The position numbers were made by a program, and so were the translations under genes. From Erysipelotrichia bacterium (lineage in GTDB: Bacteria; Bacillota_I; Bacilli_A; Erysipelotrichales; Erysipelotrichaceae), in the NCBI GenBank assembly GCA_012799935.1, contig JAAZKG010000098.1, positions 191-64,190 on the forward strand: DNA of 64,000 bases. The letters run 5' to 3'. Each line of letters starts with the position of its first letter. The first letter of the stretch is position 1. This document shows, piece after piece, positions 56,038-64,000 of the stretch. The notes under the pieces were generated by a model. It saw only the letters and a list, made by a program, of their open reading frames with translations. It had not been told where the DNA came from and ran no database searches.

Positions 56038-56204
56038 GATTTTGTTTGTAAAATATGTGGTTAAATTTAGAAGGAGAAAATTTTCCAGAAAATACAATTT
56101 GTCCAATTTGTAAACATGGTGTCTTTAATTTTGAAAAAATAGATAGGATAACCATCTTAAAAAAGAGATTATTAACTCTTAGCTGGTTTAATATAGATTA
56201 TTAG
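56038..56204 (+). pseudogene. Frameshifted, start-less Cys4 (rubrerythrin C-terminal / rubredoxin-like) remnant
   Basis: One frame reads DFVCKICG then TAA (56038-56064), with no upstream start codon. The frame offset by 1 nt continues LNLEGENFPENTICPICKHGVFNFEKI (56061-56140). Restoring one nt after GGT gives CxxC-x14-CxxC. Confidence 0.35.
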
Positions 56205-56220
56205 AAAGGAAAATTTAATT

Positions 56221-56379
56221 ATGAAATATGTATGTGATGTTTGTGGTTGGGAATACGATGAAACTGTCGGTGATGTTGACAATGGAATTAATCCTGGTAC
56301 AAAATTCGAAGATCTAGATGATGATTTTGTTTGCCCACTTTGTGGTGTTGGCAAAGAAATGTTTTCTAAAGTAGAATAG
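56221..56379 (+). CDS. rub: Rubredoxin
   Basis: Not in the ORF track (52 aa). [52 protein letters not shown] has CxxCG...CPxCG with conserved aromatic residues. The tracked 56172-56354 minus ORF is its antisense artefact. Confidence 0.93.
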   Translation: MKYVCDVCGWEYDETVGDVDNGINPGTKFEDLDDDFVCPLCGVGKEMFSKVE

Positions 56380-56387
56380 CATTATGT

Positions 56388-56422
56388 AAAAGACTCGTAA
56401 CACTTACAGTAACGAGTTTTTT
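56388..56422 (+). terminator. Rho-independent terminator after rubredoxin
   Basis: ACTCGT...ACGAGT stem followed by TTTTTT. Confidence 0.6.
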
Positions 56423-56506
56423 GTTGAAAAAAACTTATAAAAAACAAAAAAATATTTATCATTTAAAAAACAAAAACATTTTTAGTATGGAATTATGTGA
56501 AAAATG

Positions 56507-56515
56507 TGGTAAAAT
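56507..56515 (+). promoter_or_regulatory. Extended -10 element (TGgTAAAAT) upstream of rny
   Basis: TGGTAAAAT lies about 40 nt before the rny ATG. Confidence 0.4.
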
Positions 56516-56554
56516 GATGGTGTTAATTTAGAAATTAGATGGAGGGTTTAATAT

Positions 56555-58108
56555 ATGAATACAACAACAGCCTTCATCTTGGGAATTAGTGCAGGTTTAT
56601 TAGTAGGCATAATTGTTATGAACATTATGTCTAAAATCGGTTTAAACAAAAATCAACAAAAAGCTGAATTAGTTATAAAAGAAGCAAATATCGAAGCTGA
56701 TGCTGTTAAAAGACAAGCAGTGTTAGATGGTAAAAATGCTGCTTATGAATTAAAACTCAACGCTGAAAAAGAAATTAAAAAGCAGCGTCAAGAGATTACT
56801 GATTTAGAAAACAGACTCGCAAGAAGGGATGACAATCTTAATTTTCGTGAGGAAAAACTACATAATAAAGAAAAACAGGTTGATGATAAATTAAACGATT
56901 TAAATAAAAGATCTGCTGATTTAGACAAGATGCAAGCAGAATTACAAAATAAAATTGACATACAAACAAGTGTACTTGAAAAAGTAGCAAATCTTACAGC
57001 TTCAGAAGCTAAAGAAGAATTATTTGAAGTTGTTAAAAATCAGACTGCCAATGAGATGGCATTATATATTAAAGAACAAGAAGAGGAAGCAAAAGCTACT
57101 GCTAGTGATGTTGCTAAAAATATCATTGGTCAAGCTATTCAAAGATATTCACAGGAAGAAACAATTGATAGAACTGTAGCTGTCGTAGGTTTACCTTCAG
57201 AGGAAATGAAAGGTAGAATTATTGGTAGAGAAGGTAGAAATATCCGTGCTATCGAGCAGGCAACCGGAGTTGATTTAATAATTGATGATACACCAGAAAC
57301 AATTACTATTTCTTGTTTTGATCCAATAAGAAGAGAGATAGCTCGTTTAACAATGGAACATTTAGTAAAGGATGGAAGAATTCAACCAGGAAGAATTGAA
57401 GAAGTTGTTCAAAAGAAAACAGCTGAAATAAATGATGTTATTCAAAAAGCTGGTGAAGAAGCGGTATTCCAGTTAGGTTTAGGAAAGATAGATAGAGAGA
57501 TGATTAAACTGATTGGGCGTCTTAGATATCGTTATTCTTATGGTCAAAATGTTTTACAACATTCAATAGAAGTTGCTCATTTAGCAGGTATGATGGCTGC
57601 AGAGCTAGGATGTAAACAATCATTAGCTAAACGTGCTGGTTTATTACACGATATTGGTAAAGCTATTGACTTTGAACAAGAGGGAAGTCATGTTGAATTA
57701 GGTGTAAAAGTATGTAAAAAATATGGTGAAAATGAAGTTGTTTTAAATGCAATTGCTTCACATCATGGTGAAGAAGAACCAAGTAGTATTATTGCAAACT
57801 TGGTTGCTGCTGCAGATACACTATCTGCTGCTAGACCTGGAGCAAGATATGAATCATTAGAAAACTATGTAAATAGATTAGAAGAATTGGAAAAGATTGC
57901 TAACAGCTTTGAAGGTATTGAAAAATCTTATGCTATTCAGGCAGGTAGAGAAATTAGAGTTATGGTTCAGCCAGATCGTATTGATGATACTAACTGCTAC
58001 AGAGTTGCTAGAGAAATTAAAAATAGAATTGAAAATGAATTGACTTATCCTGGTCAAATCAAAGTAACCGTAATCAGAGAAACTAGAGCAAGTGAGACTG
58101 CAAAATAA
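56555..58108 (+). CDS. rny: Ribonuclease Y
   Basis: N-terminal TM, a coiled coil, a KH domain ([15 protein letters not shown]) and an HD domain (LLHDIGKA...HH). Confidence 0.96.
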   Translation: MNTTTAFILGISAGLLVGIIVMNIMSKIGLNKNQQKAELVIKEANIEADAVKRQAVLDGKNAAYELKLNAEKEIKKQRQEITDLENRLARRDDNLNFREEKLHNKEKQVDDKLNDLNKRSADLDKMQAELQNKIDIQTSVLEKVANLTASEAKEELFEVVKNQTANEMALYIKEQEEEAKATASDVAKNIIGQAIQRYSQEETIDRTVAVVGLPSEEMKGRIIGREGRNIRAIEQATGVDLIIDDTPETITISCFDPIRREIARLTMEHLVKDGRIQPGRIEEVVQKKTAEINDVIQKAGEEAVFQLGLGKIDREMIKLIGRLRYRYSYGQNVLQHSIEVAHLAGMMAAELGCKQSLAKRAGLLHDIGKAIDFEQEGSHVELGVKVCKKYGENEVVLNAIASHHGEEEPSSIIANLVAAADTLSAARPGARYESLENYVNRLEELEKIANSFEGIEKSYAIQAGREIRVMVQPDRIDDTNCYRVAREIKNRIENELTYPGQIKVTVIRETRASETAK

Positions 58109-58881
58109 TGTTAAGGGTATTATTTGTTGGAGATATTGTTGGAAAACAGGGAAGAAAAGCTTTAAGCAAACATCTTCCCTTTTTAACAGACAAATATAAT
58201 TATGATTTATTAATAATTAATGGCGAAAATTCAGCTCATGGAAAAGGAATAACCAAAAAAATATATGATTATTTTATTGATCTTGGTGTAGACTGTATAA
58301 CAATGGGAAATCATACATTCAGTAAAGATAATGTTTTTTCTTTTATTGATGATGCTCAAAAGTTAATAAGGCCAGCCAATTTAGAACCAGAAAATTATGG
58401 TAAATCAGCTCATATAGTGGAAATTAAAGGTAAAAAAATTGGAATATATAATGTATGTGGGAACATATTTATGGAAAATACAACTAAAACTCCTTTTGAA
58501 GCTTTAGAAAAATTATTAGAAAAATATCCATGTGATATAAAAATTGTTGACTTGCATGCTGAAGCTACAAGTGAAAAATATGCTTTTATGCAATATTTTA
58601 AAAAAGAAGTTCAAATGATTGTAGGAACACATACCCATATTCAAACTGCTGATGAAGCTATTTTTGATAACTGTGCCTTTATTTGTGACGTGGGAATGAC
58701 TGGTCCTTATGATTCGGTATTAGGCAGAGATACAGATGAAGTGTTAACATCAATGATTGATAAGATTAAAACAAAATATACTATTTCAACAAAGGAAGCA
58801 ATATTTTCAGCTGTAGTTGTGGATATTGATTTAAGTGATTTAAAAGCAATTAATATTGAAAGAATTCAAATTAGACCATAA
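58108..58881 (+). CDS. ymdB: YmdB-family metallophosphoesterase (2',3'-cyclic-nucleotide 2'-phosphodiesterase)
   Basis: [27 protein letters not shown] and HTH motifs. TAATG overlap with rny, the conserved rny-ymdB pair. Confidence 0.9.
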   Translation: MLRVLFVGDIVGKQGRKALSKHLPFLTDKYNYDLLIINGENSAHGKGITKKIYDYFIDLGVDCITMGNHTFSKDNVFSFIDDAQKLIRPANLEPENYGKSAHIVEIKGKKIGIYNVCGNIFMENTTKTPFEALEKLLEKYPCDIKIVDLHAEATSEKYAFMQYFKKEVQMIVGTHTHIQTADEAIFDNCAFICDVGMTGPYDSVLGRDTDEVLTSMIDKIKTKYTISTKEAIFSAVVVDIDLSDLKAINIERIQIRP

Positions 58882-59012
58882 AAAAGGATTTTGTTATTAA
58901 ATTTTAAAAACAATTATAATATTGAATAAACATAAATTCGATTAGTTCCATAAATGTTGTAAATAATCATAAATATGTTATAATACAAAAAGGAAAAGGA
59001 GACTTGAGGAAT

Positions 59013-59189
59013 ATGCCAGTTACTGTTAATAAAGACTTATGTATTGGTTGTGGTGCTTGTTTAGCAAGTTGCCCAGTTGAAGCATTAGAGTTAGACGAAA
59101 ATGGATTAGCTGAATGCAATGAAGATGTATGCATTGATTGCGGTGCATGTGTTGCAGACTGCCCAGTACAAGCTATTAGTCAAGAATAA
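59013..59189 (+). CDS. 2x[4Fe-4S] ferredoxin
   Basis: Two CxxCxxCxxxCP motifs (CIGCGACLASCP, CIDCGACVADCP). 58 aa counted from ATG 59013. Confidence 0.9.
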   Translation: MPVTVNKDLCIGCGACLASCPVEALELDENGLAECNEDVCIDCGACVADCPVQAISQE

Positions 59190-59215
59190 CCAAGCAAAAC
59201 CTGCTTGGTTTTTTG
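59188..59215 (+). terminator. Rho-independent terminator after the ferredoxin gene
   Basis: AACCAAGC...GCTTGGTT followed by TTTT. Confidence 0.7.
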
Positions 59216-59227
59216 TGAAATTAGAAT

Positions 59228-60682
59228 ATGAATGAATATATATTACCAAGTGCCAAACAGGCACGTTTTAGAAATACAGCATATCAAGCACCAATCGTGT
59301 ATGATGCAATAAAATTAAGTGATAATCAAAAACACTTGGGTGCTGGTTTTAAATATCATGTTGCTACTTATGGCTGTCAAGCCAATGTTAGAGATGGTGA
59401 AGTAATTAGCGGTATCTTAGAAAATATGGGATATACTTTTACTAATGAATTAAAAGATGCTGATGTTATAATTTTAAACACCTGTGCTATTAGAGAAAAT
59501 GCTGAAAAGAAAATTTTAGGTACAATTGGTTATTTAAAATCTTTTAAGCGTCTAAATCCAGATATGATTATTGGTTTATGTGGATGTATTCCTCAGCAAG
59601 AACAAATGGTTAAAATGATTATAGATAAATATCCTGTTGTAGAATTAATTTTTGGCACACATAATATTCCATCTTTACCAACATTATTAGAAAATGTAGT
59701 GACTAATAAAGAAAGAAATGTTGAAGTTTTTTCTACTTTAGGAAGTATTTATGAAGATTTACCATCTGTTAGGCAATTTAAACATAAAGCTTTTGTTAAT
59801 ATCATGGATGGTTGTGATAAATTCTGTACTTATTGTATTGTCCCTTATACTCGTGGACAGCAACGTTCAAGAAGATTGGAAGATATATTAAAAGAAGTTA
59901 ATTTTTTAAAAAACGAAGGTTATAAAGAAATTACCTTGCTAGGACAAAATGTAAATGCTTATGGCAAAGATTTAGCTGAAGGTTATACTTTTAGTGACTT
60001 ACTAGAAAAAGTAAGTGATACAGGTTTAAAACGAATAAGATTTACAACATCACATCCTTGGGATTTTGATGATAAAATGATTGATATCATCGCAAAACGA
60101 GAAAATTTAATGCCTTTTATTCATTTGCCTTTACAATCAGGTAATGATGAAATATTAAAATTGATGGGGAGAAGATATACAGCCAAAGAATATAAAGAAT
60201 TATTCAATAAAATTAAAAGTAAAATTAAAGATGTTGCCATTTCTACTGATATCATTGTAGGTTTTCCTAATGAAACAGAAGAGCAGTTTTCAGACACTTT
60301 AGATATGGTTGAATTCTGTAAATATGATAATGCCTATTCTTTTATTTTCTCCTCTAGAGAAGGTACACCAGCTGCCACAATGAAAGATCAAATTTCTATT
60401 AAAGAAAAGAAAGAGCGTCTTCAAAGATTAAATGAAAGATTAGGATATTACTCAAAACTCAACAATAAAAAATGGGAAGGAAAGATTGTTGAAGTTTTAG
60501 TTGATGGTTATTCTAAAACTAATCCAAAGATTATGTCAGGTTATACTCCTCAGCAGAAGTTGGTTAATTTTAGTTATGATAATGCTGAAATTGGTGCTAT
60601 AATTTATGTGGAAATTACTCAAGGTATGAAAAACTCATTGAATGGTAAACAAGTCCATTTAGGAAAGGAGGATCATGAATAA
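59228..60682 (+). CDS. miaB: tRNA-2-methylthio-N6-dimethylallyladenosine synthase
   Basis: UPF0004 N-domain (YHVATYGCQAN), radical-SAM CDKFCTYCIVP, and a TRAM C-terminal domain. No obvious SD. Confidence 0.88.
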   Translation: MNEYILPSAKQARFRNTAYQAPIVYDAIKLSDNQKHLGAGFKYHVATYGCQANVRDGEVISGILENMGYTFTNELKDADVIILNTCAIRENAEKKILGTIGYLKSFKRLNPDMIIGLCGCIPQQEQMVKMIIDKYPVVELIFGTHNIPSLPTLLENVVTNKERNVEVFSTLGSIYEDLPSVRQFKHKAFVNIMDGCDKFCTYCIVPYTRGQQRSRRLEDILKEVNFLKNEGYKEITLLGQNVNAYGKDLAEGYTFSDLLEKVSDTGLKRIRFTTSHPWDFDDKMIDIIAKRENLMPFIHLPLQSGNDEILKLMGRRYTAKEYKELFNKIKSKIKDVAISTDIIVGFPNETEEQFSDTLDMVEFCKYDNAYSFIFSSREGTPAATMKDQISIKEKKERLQRLNERLGYYSKLNNKKWEGKIVEVLVDGYSKTNPKIMSGYTPQQKLVNFSYDNAEIGAIIYVEITQGMKNSLNGKQVHLGKEDHE

Positions 60683-62336
60683 TATAAAGATATTTGCGCT
60701 TGGCGGGCTAGATGAATATGGCAAAAACATGTACTGTATCGAAATTGGAAAGAAACTATTTATTGTTAATTGTGGTATAAAAAGACCCGAAGATAATCAG
60801 TTTGGAGTAGAGTACATTGTTAACGATTTTAGTTATGTAGTTGAAAATATAGATAGATTAAGCGGTATTATCATAACTCACTTTCATGATGACATGATGG
60901 ATGGATTACCTTATTTACTCAAGGAAATTGAAGCAGATGTCTATGCTCCTAACTTATGTAGTATCATTATTAAGGAAGAACTTAAGAAAATGAGAAAATC
61001 TCATTTGAGAGTTAAAATCTTACCAAGATATGGTAAAACAATAATTGATGGAGTGGAGTTAACTACTTTTGGATTAACTCATTCAACCCCTGATGCAATT
61101 GGCATTTCCTTTAAAACTGATCAGGGACATATTGTTGTCGCAGAACAGTTTGTTGTTGATTTTGATATGCGTGATAATGCATATGAATGTGATATTGCCG
61201 CAATTGCTGATATTGGAAAAGAAGGTGTATTATGCTGCTTAATTGAATCTTCATATGCTGATAAAGAAGGATTTACTTCACCTAGACATCGTATTTCAAA
61301 TATTATTCGTCCGGTTATAGAAGATGCTTCTGGTAGAATATTTTTCACTCTTTATGAACAAAATTTCTTTAGATTGAGAGAAATAATTGCTGTTGCAGCT
61401 GAATATAAGAAGAAAGTTTTCTTTTTTGACGAGAAAATGAGAGATCTTATGAATTTATTTGCTTTAAATGAATATTATAAGATTCCAGAAAAAATGCAGT
61501 TAACTGAAAAACAGTTTAATAATGAAATTGATGATTGTATTGTCATTGTTTCGGGTGATGGAGCAAATGTATTTAATGTTATGAATAAAATTGCTATTGG
61601 TGAAGAAAGTAAAATTGAACTTAGAACAACTGATACAATAATTATTGCATCACCAATGGTTCCAGGAACTGAAAAACAAGCTAATTTAATGGAAAATGAA
61701 TTGTATAAAGATAATGTTAATATCTTTAAGTTGGATCCTAAGCAAATATTGTCACTACATCCAGCAAGTGAAGATATTAAGATGATATTATCTTTGTTAA
61801 AACCAAAATATGTTTTGCCTGTTATGGGAGATTATCGCAATTTTATTGCTGCAGCTAATTTAGCGCTGTCAACTGGTTATACTCCAGATAAAATTATCAT
61901 TTTAGATAATGGTCAAATAGCTACTTTTGCTGATGGCAGATTAATATCTACATCTGAGTATGTTGAAAAAATAGGCGAAATTATGATTGGTACTCAAGAT
62001 AACAAAGATATAACTTCGCATGTCTTAAAAGATCGAACCACTTTATCTACAGATGGAGTTATCATTGTTGGAGTTGCGATTAATTATAAAACCAAAGATA
62101 TTATTGGTGGACCTGATGTCCAATCAAGAGGAGTTTTCTATGTCAAGGATAGTGAATATCTAATAAAAAATATTGGTAAAATTGTAGTTGATGTTATAAC
62201 AGAAAAAGTAGAAAATGGAACTTATGAGAATTTAGAAGCAAAAGTTGAACTAAGAAATAGAATTGAAAGATATGTAGCAAGAGAAACTGGTAAACGACCA
62301 ATGATTATACCAGCAATCATAGAAATAAATGTATAG
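60675..62336 (+). CDS. rnj: Ribonuclease J paralogue (J2-like) with substituted metal-ligand positions
   Basis: Metallo-beta-lactamase plus beta-CASP architecture. IFALGGLDEYGKN, GVEYIVNDFSY, LTHSTPDA and IGKEGVLCCL line up with RNase J. Motif 2 reads HFHDDM (60879-60896). Position before ftsK matches B. subtilis rnjB. Confidence 0.85.
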   Translation: MNNIKIFALGGLDEYGKNMYCIEIGKKLFIVNCGIKRPEDNQFGVEYIVNDFSYVVENIDRLSGIIITHFHDDMMDGLPYLLKEIEADVYAPNLCSIIIKEELKKMRKSHLRVKILPRYGKTIIDGVELTTFGLTHSTPDAIGISFKTDQGHIVVAEQFVVDFDMRDNAYECDIAAIADIGKEGVLCCLIESSYADKEGFTSPRHRISNIIRPVIEDASGRIFFTLYEQNFFRLREIIAVAAEYKKKVFFFDEKMRDLMNLFALNEYYKIPEKMQLTEKQFNNEIDDCIVIVSGDGANVFNVMNKIAIGEESKIELRTTDTIIIASPMVPGTEKQANLMENELYKDNVNIFKLDPKQILSLHPASEDIKMILSLLKPKYVLPVMGDYRNFIAAANLALSTGYTPDKIIILDNGQIATFADGRLISTSEYVEKIGEIMIGTQDNKDITSHVLKDRTTLSTDGVIIVGVAINYKTKDIIGGPDVQSRGVFYVKDSEYLIKNIGKIVVDVITEKVENGTYENLEAKVELRNRIERYVARETGKRPMIIPAIIEINV

Positions 62337-62344
62337 GAGATTTA

Positions 62345-64000
62345 ATGACTAAAAAAAGAAGAACCAAGATTGTTAAAAACGGAAGAAGATATTCCAAAGA
62401 AGAATTAACTGTAATACGTATTACTTATGGAGTAATACTTATTTCGCTTGGTCTAATTGGTTTACTTTATAAAGAAACGGCTTTTTTGGGAGATTTCTTA
62501 TTTAAATGTTCACGCTACTTATTCGGTAAGTGTTGGTTTGTTTCTTTTGTGACAATGATTTTTGCTGGATTATGTATCATTTTTAAGTTTACATTTGGTT
62601 ATAAATATATTGTTTCTGCAATTGCTATTTTACTTTCTATTTTAATATTTTTATCAATTCAAAAAGATAAAACAGTTGGTTTTGAAATAATTAATGAATT
62701 TTTAAAAAACTCAAAACAAATTTTTATCGGGACAATAATTAATGAAGGTGGTCTAATCGGAACTTTCTTTTATAGTCTGTTTTCATCTTTTTTAGGTTAT
62801 ATCGGTATTTATATTGTGGAAACTAGTTTAATACTTTTATCAGTTATAATTCACTTTGATTTTAATGAAAAAGATTTTGATAAAATAAAGACAGATTTAT
62901 CTAATTATCGAAAACAAAGAAAAGAAGAAAAATTAAAGAAAATAGAAGAAGTTAAAAAAGAAAGAGAAAGAAAAAAGCAACTTGAAAAAGAAAAAAACTT
63001 GTTTGTTTCAACGGATTTTAAAAATAAGGATAAAGAATCTGAAAAACAAGAAATAGTTTCTATAGCTAAAGAGTTAGTCTCTAAACCAGAAACTATTGAT
63101 AGTAAACAGATTGAAGTATTATCTTTTGATTTATCTTCACCAACGCAAAAAATTGTTTATAATGAGAAAAATTATAAACTTCCGGGAATTGATAAATTAG
63201 ATACTTATTCAATAAGCAAAAAAAGCACTATTAATAATGAGAATGCTAAAGTTAAATGGGAAGAATTATCAGATGTTCTTGAAAGTTTTGGTTATGAAAG
63301 TAAACTTGAAGCAGTTAACATTGGGCCATCAGTAACACAATTTGAAGTTTCTCCTATTGGTAATTTCAATATTAGAAAATATGCTTCCATTGAAGAAAAT
63401 ATTAGGATGTCTTTAGCAGTCACTGATCTTAGAATTGTTGCTCCTATACCAGGAAAATCAGCAGTTGGATTTGAAATACCTAATGTTGAAAGAACAGCTG
63501 TCAGATTATCAGAACTGCTAAAAAATATTAAACCTGAACTAAAAAAGAACCCTCTTACCATTGCATTAGGGAAAGATATTGCTGGTAATAATGTTTATGC
63601 TTCTATTGAAAAATTGCCACATTTATTAATTGCTGGTGCCACTGGTATGGGTAAATCAGTTTGCATTAATAGTATTATTTTAACTGTGTTAATGAATGCT
63701 AGACCAAGTGATGTTAAATTAGTATTAGTTGATCCTAAAAAAGTTGAGTTTACAAAATACAGAGAAATTCCCCATCTTGCTTGTCCAATAATTACTGATA
63801 ATGCTGAGGCAAGTGATATATTAAAGAGACTCTGTGTACTGATGGATGAAAGATACGAAAAGTTTGCTTCAGCACATGTAAATAGCATTAAAGATTATAA
63901 TGCTAATGATAAAATAATTCATAAAATGTGTCATATAATTTGTATAATTGATGAATTATCAGATTTAATGGCAACTCATAGAAAAGAAATTGAAATTCAT
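62345..64000 (+). CDS. ftsK: DNA translocase FtsK/SpoIIIE (3' end beyond the window)
   Basis: Not in the ORF track because no stop is reached. N-terminal TM helices, a Lys/Glu-rich linker, then the motor domain (GPSVTQFEV, LLIAGATGMGKSV Walker A, IIDELSDLM Walker B). AGGAGA lies upstream of ATG 62345. Confidence 0.93.
   Translation, partial: MTKKRRTKIVKNGRRYSKEELTVIRITYGVILISLGLIGLLYKETAFLGDFLFKCSRYLFGKCWFVSFVTMIFAGLCIIFKFTFGYKYIVSAIAILLSILIFLSIQKDKTVGFEIINEFLKNSKQIFIGTIINEGGLIGTFFYSLFSSFLGYIGIYIVETSLILLSVIIHFDFNEKDFDKIKTDLSNYRKQRKEEKLKKIEEVKKERERKKQLEKEKNLFVSTDFKNKDKESEKQEIVSIAKELVSKPETIDSKQIEVLSFDLSSPTQKIVYNEKNYKLPGIDKLDTYSISKKSTINNENAKVKWEELSDVLESFGYESKLEAVNIGPSVTQFEVSPIGNFNIRKYASIEENIRMSLAVTDLRIVAPIPGKSAVGFEIPNVERTAVRLSELLKNIKPELKKNPLTIALGKDIAGNNVYASIEKLPHLLIAGATGMGKSVCINSIILTVLMNARPSDVKLVLVDPKKVEFTKYREIPHLACPIITDNAEASDILKRLCVLMDERYEKFASAHVNSIKDYNANDKIIHKMCHIICIIDELSDLMATHRKEIEIH

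Noticed and set aside
56024-56113. GTG-initiated 29-codon ORF encoding a very basic peptide (MKTKKILFVKYVVKFRRRKFSRKYNLSNL).
   Set aside because: It has no SD, and it is the third frame across the Cys4 relic. The basic composition is what an AT-rich alternate frame would give. The relic interpretation explains the region better.
63292-63888. Minus-strand ORFs 63292-63561 and 63595-63888, plus similar 60-110 aa antisense or alternate-frame ORFs in the track (e.g. 87-284, 1160-1360, 2475-2696, 7164-7442, 18984-19319, 22847-23101, 26330-26623, 47141-47454, 52113-52364, 61121-61348).
   Set aside because: Each lies entirely inside a well-supported conserved gene on the opposite strand or in another frame. 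None has an SD. Their low-complexity Ser/Ile/Leu/Phe-rich translations are typical of antisense reads of AT-rich coding DNA.
1-64000. Searched for CRISPR repeats, IS or transposase genes, integrases, phage genes, tRNA/rRNA genes, toxin-antitoxin pairs and defence-island signatures.
   Set aside because: By reading, no periodic direct repeats, no recombinase or transposase-like ORFs and no cloverleaf-like GC-rich segments were seen. All long ORFs are accounted for by housekeeping or carbohydrate functions. The check was not exhaustive because nothing was computed.

Overview
This is an AT-rich chromosomal segment (roughly 30% G+C by eye, not computed) from a low-GC Firmicute. The compacted housekeeping blocks and a degenerate fused SecDF suggest an Erysipelotrichia-like lineage, but I cannot name a species from sequence alone. 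Almost everything is on the + strand and is core genome. It reads as a chain of synteny blocks known from Bacillus subtilis:
- yceD-rpmF
- mraZ-rsmH-ftsL-pbp2B-mraY
- comN-like-secDF-recJ-apt-relA-[T-box]-hisS-aspS
- efp-X-cmk-der-hup
- hpf
- sepF-ylmH-divIVA-[T-box]-ileS
- trmH-family-[T-box]-pheS-pheT
- yebC
- gpsB-rnpB
- pgsA-recA
- ppx-ppk1
- rubredoxin
- rny-ymdB
- ferredoxin-miaB-rnj-ftsK

Accessory-looking parts are:
- a fragmentary envelope-glycan region at 1-9.3 kb (GT2, UDP-sugar epimerase, ppdK, an MBOAT plus SGNH-like partner, a priming sugar transferase)
- a 34.3-40.1 kb insert between hpf and sepF (GPH sugar symporter, a GH13 alpha-glucosidase with an N-terminal extension, and a convergent ABC exporter pair)

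Genes missed by the ORF track and added here are rpmF (12058-12204), rubredoxin (56221-56379), RNase P RNA (about 50681-51020), the 5'-partial GT2 (open from nt 1) and the 3'-partial ftsK (62345 to the window end).

I saw no tRNA or rRNA genes, CRISPR array, IS element, integrase or phage genes, and no recognisable defence island. I did not find a convincing new multi-gene system. The most interesting items are:
- a hisS-aspS T-box whose canonical specifier position reads GAC (Asp)
- a 594-aa glutamine-rich, hyperacidic, tail-anchored protein wedged into the efp-cmk-der operon
- an orphan MBOAT plus SGNH/DltD-like O-acyltransferase pair
- an RNase J paralogue with substituted metal ligands
- a candidate leaderless mRNA
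- a frameshifted Cys4 (rubrerythrin-like) relic
- an uncharacterised N-terminal module on the GH13 enzyme

All functional calls come from motif recognition and synteny by eye. No database search was run.
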